This document shows, in pieces, positions 60,372-64,000 of a DNA stretch of 64,000 bases (its first letter is position 1; each line of letters begins with the position of its first letter). A program made the translations under genes and the position numbers. The notes under the pieces were generated by a model. The model saw only the letters and a list, made by a program, of their open reading frames with translations, was not told the DNA's origin and did no database searches. Source of the stretch: Octopus bimaculoides (taxonomy: Eukaryota); the NCBI RefSeq assembly GCF_001194135.2, contig NC_068986.1:63841458-63905457 (forward strand). The letters run 5' to 3'.

Positions 60372-61150
60372 NNNNNNNNNNNNNNNNNNNNNNNNNNNNN
60401 NNNNNNNNNNNNNNNNNNNNNNNNNNNNNNNNNNNNNNNNNNNNNNNNNNNNNNNNNNNNNNNNNNNNNNNNNNNNNNNNNNNNNNNNNNNNNNNNNNNN
60501 NNNNNNNNNNNNNNNNNNNNNNNNNNNNNNNNNNNNNNNNNNNNNNNNNNNNNNNNNNNNNNNNNNNNNNNNNNNNNNNNNNNNNNNNNNNNNNNNNNNN
60601 NNNNNNNNNNNNNNNNNNNNNNNNNNNNNNNNNNNNNNNNNNNNNNNNNNNNNNNNNNNNNNNNNNNNNNNNNNNNNNNNNNNNNNNNNNNNNNNNNNNN
60701 NNNNNNNNNNNNNNNNNNNNNNNNNNNNNNNNNNNNNNNNNNNNNNNNNNNNNNNNNNNNNNNNNNNNNNNNNNNNNNNNNNNNNNNNNNNNNNNNNNNN
60801 NNNNNNNNNNNNNNNNNNNNNNNNNNNNNNNNNNNNNNNNNNNNNNNNNNNNNNNNNNNNNNNNNNNNNNNNNNNNNNNNNNNNNNNNNNNNNNNNNNNN
60901 NNNNNNNNNNNNNNNNNNNNNNNNNNNNNNNNNNNNNNNNNNNNNNNNNNNNNNNNNNNNNNNNNNNNNNNNNNNNNNNNNNNNNNNNNNNNNNNATATA
61001 TATGTGTGTGTATATGTTTATATGCATATGTTTATATGTATATATATATGTATATGTTTATATGTATATATATATGTATATATATATGTATATGTTTATA
61101 TGTATATATATGTATATGTTTATATGTATATATATATATATGTATATATG
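60103..61150. repeat. Compound (TA)n/(TATG)n microsatellite with assembly gap 60372-60995
   Basis: Seen directly. Confidence 0.95.
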
Positions 61151-62004
61151 TTGTCCTGCATCCTGACTCTGGGTTAAACAACAACAATACTGTTACAGAT
61201 TCCTAAATTAATGACCACATAGTTATGATATTCACTGCTTGATCTCATCCCATTCAGTTCTACATTTTAAGGGAGCTGTTGTTTTCCGACTTGTTTGTAC
61301 CATTAACTAATTGTTTTCATTACGCTTTTAATGTTCATTACTTTCTAAAAGTTCTAGTTTCATTACTTCTCTGCTTTTCAAAATAATGTATGCATTATAA
61401 ATATTGTTATGTTAGTTTTCAATTGATATACCTTCTTTTGGGAAACCCAAATCTTTGTCATTTTGGAATTTTTCAACCTTATAGCTAAAGATAACTGAAT
61501 CATTGTTATCAAATATTAAAATTGTAATTGTTAAAGCGATAAGTTGTGTAATACAGTATCTAAATTTCAATCAATAAAGAAAAGTAGATATTTTCTTGAC
61601 AAATAGCAAACCAAGATCAGCACTATTGTCTTATGAGGATTAAATTCGAACATAGTTATGTTTCATAAAGCTAAACTTCATTAATTATTAGACTTAGAAT
61701 ATTTCCTAAGATTAAATAATATAATATTTGAGACATTTCTTAAAATTTGTGAATCTTTAATCTATTAAGGGCACTGTCATCTTGATGAATGCTTGGTCTA
61801 TGTATTTTTTCATGCTACATTCCTGGACAAATAAATTCTTTTTGAATCTAAGCCTTCACTGATTGTGCTACAGAGTTTTTATATGAGAAGATGTAGGCAT
61901 TGCAATTAAAAGATATTAGCCATTTAACTTATAAGCATCAGTAAATCACAAACCAAAAAGAGGACATCTGTTTGGTTTTCAACAAAAAAAAAAATTTATA
62001 TATA

Positions 62005-62392
62005 GGCGTAGGAGTGGCTATGTGGTAAGTAGCTTGCTTACCAACCGCATGGTCCCGGGTTCAGTCCCACTGCGTGGCATCTTAGGCAAGTGTCTTCTAC
62101 TATAGCCTTGGGCCGACCAAAGCCTTGTGAGTGGATTTGGTGGATGGAAACTGAAAGAAGCCCGTCGTATACATGTATATATATATATTTGTGTGTCTGT
62201 GTTTGTCCCCCCAACATCGCTTGACAACCGATGCTGGTGTGTTTATGTCCCCGTAACTTAGCGGTTCGGCAAAAGAGACCGATATAATAAGTACTAGGCT
62301 TCTAAAGAATAAGTCCTGGGGTCGATTTGCTCGACTAAAGGCGATCGATGCTCCAGCATGGCCACAGTCAAAAGACTGAAACAATAAAAGAG
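62005..62392 (+). mobile_element. tRNA-derived SINE, full length
   Basis: A-box-like TGGCTATGTGG (62015-62025), B-box-like GGTTCAGTCCC (62058-62068), central (TA)(TG) tract and conserved tail. Two other copies in the window (23302-23706, 33271-33559). Confidence 0.9.
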
Positions 62393-64000
62393 CTGTTAGT
62401 AGCTTTTTTTTTTTTTTTTTTACAAAGTACTGTGTAAATTTGAATTTTTAAAAACAATAATAGATTAAATTGTTTTTAACATTACATTTTACAATGTTGT
62501 CAAACAACAGATTAATGGCTAATATTCAATAATGACTATTGTTTGTGCTCCATCATTACCATTTTAAAGAGACTTTTACTGACCAAAACTACCTAGCTGT
62601 AAATAGCTATCAGAGTGAGAGTAGTAGCTTACCACCATGAAACAATGAGAACACTGTATATGTGATGAATGCTGAAATGGATATAACTTGGAGAATTGCT
62701 CTCCTTACCACATTAAGCTTTACCCTCATTGACTGATATATCAGCTAAGAAGTCAGGCAATTAGTTCAATTTATAATATTTGCATGAGTGAGTGAATGTC
62801 TGATTAATGATATTTAAGTTCAAATGTTAATGAATGTATACTAATACAATTGAGATTTTTTTTAAATTTAATTTTTTATTCATATTTGTATATCATTCAT
62901 TTAAATACTTTATCAACTTAGTTATTTTCTGACTTAAAATATGTTCTATAATGTCTGACTATTTTCTTCAGCCCCAATTTCATCGTGGCATCCATTGTCT
63001 TGCCCACTGTTTTGCCTGGGTAAGGGGACATCCATCCTTTCTACATAGACCATGGATACTGACTGAAGCCTTATCTATATCAATCCCCATCAACTGCGCC
63101 TGCTGGTCCGTGCAGGTATTGTCTAACAATGTAGAGTATATCTATTGTGCAGTCCATGTCATCTGCACCATATTTTCACCAATCTATCTAGCTTTACATT
63201 CTTGGAGACTGCACTTTGCTTTTGCAATCTGTGGAGTGATATTTGAGATCCTTGTCTCTCCTTCACTCTCTCTATGTATGTATATATTCATATATTTGTC
63301 ATATATATATATATATTCATACACACGCACATACACATATTATTATAAATGCAAAGTATTAAGCACATCTATTCCCAATACACTTGCGTCAGTTCAATTT
63401 CAATTTGTTGCCATAGTATCAATTTTGCTATAATTATATATGCAACTTTAGTTTCTTTAATAACAAAATGAATTCGGCTTTTGTGTGTGTGGATTTTATT
63501 TTTAGTCTGCCATTTAGCAGATTAGCACATTGTTTCTTTTGTCCTCAGTTGATGAAATGTCAGGATGTTGTCACTAAAATCCCAATAGAAAACAACAGTT
63601 TTCAACCAAATACTGTTTACATCCCATTTACTTTTATGAAGCTAGATAAAGTATAAAAGCAATTTTAACATCCTCTCATTTAAAATAATTATTACTATTC
63701 AGAACCATCCTTCGTATAATAAAAATTTCTCCACTGATGAGAGTTACATTTTATCTGTGTATTTTCCATCGTGTCTTTACTTTGCTTAGTCTAATGCTTA
63801 TATGTGATAAAGATTGTTGAATAATGTTATTCTTTTAGTTAAACTGGTGTTAGTATGATGTTGAAAGCTTAATTGGAGCATGGACTTATGAATTTCTGAT
63901 GTGTGAGATTTCCATCATTGTTTCATTAATTTGTAATTGACTCTCTCTCTCTCTCACACACACACATTCCTTTTAATTTGCTCACTTATTTTCCAATATC

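Noticed and set aside
7507-61206. Long ORFs in the supplied track made of X, YI/YV/CM, ER/RE or LS repeats (e.g. 7507-8589, 17794-18909, 24642-25355, 60106-61206)
   Set aside because: They are translations of N gaps and dinucleotide microsatellites, not genes.
62005-62075. tRNA gene
   Set aside because: A and B boxes are present, but the sequence continues into a multicopy SINE body and I could not fold a convincing cloverleaf. It is a SINE head.

Overview
AT-rich, gapped eukaryotic genomic DNA. The tRNA-SINE/RTE repeat landscape and the long (TA)n/(TG)n/(CT)n microsatellites suggest an octopod cephalopod such as Octopus; the species is inferred, not checked. The whole window lies within one + strand gene, a p190 Rho GTPase-activating protein (RhoGAPp190, co-orthologue of vertebrate ARHGAP35/ARHGAP5). 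I chained 11 exons (12494-44842) by hand with GT-AG sites and matching phases into about 700 stop-free codons covering the C-terminal FF domains, pseudoGTPase domains pG1 and pG2, and the start of the linker. Probable further linker exons follow: a 24-nt microexon at 47035-47058, and exons at 49810-49989 and 56839-56957. I found neither the N-terminal GTPase exons nor the RhoGAP-domain exons, so they presumably lie outside the window or in gaps. The introns hold a full-extent decayed mariner with a nested SINE, a piggyBac relic with a nested RTE LINE, several RTE 3' fragments, a CR1/L2-group RT relic, a Tigger/pogo relic, tRNA-derived SINEs, a long foldback element and a Penelope-like direct-repeat structure. 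Nearly all ORFs in the supplied track are microsatellite or gap artefacts. No new biological system is demonstrated. The best leads are a cluster of frame-preserving phase-1 cassette or microexons in the p190 linker, two homologous ~40-bp hairpins with compensatory substitutions, intronic inverted repeats that could make dsRNA or circRNA, and a degenerate hammerhead-like core in the Penelope-like repeats.
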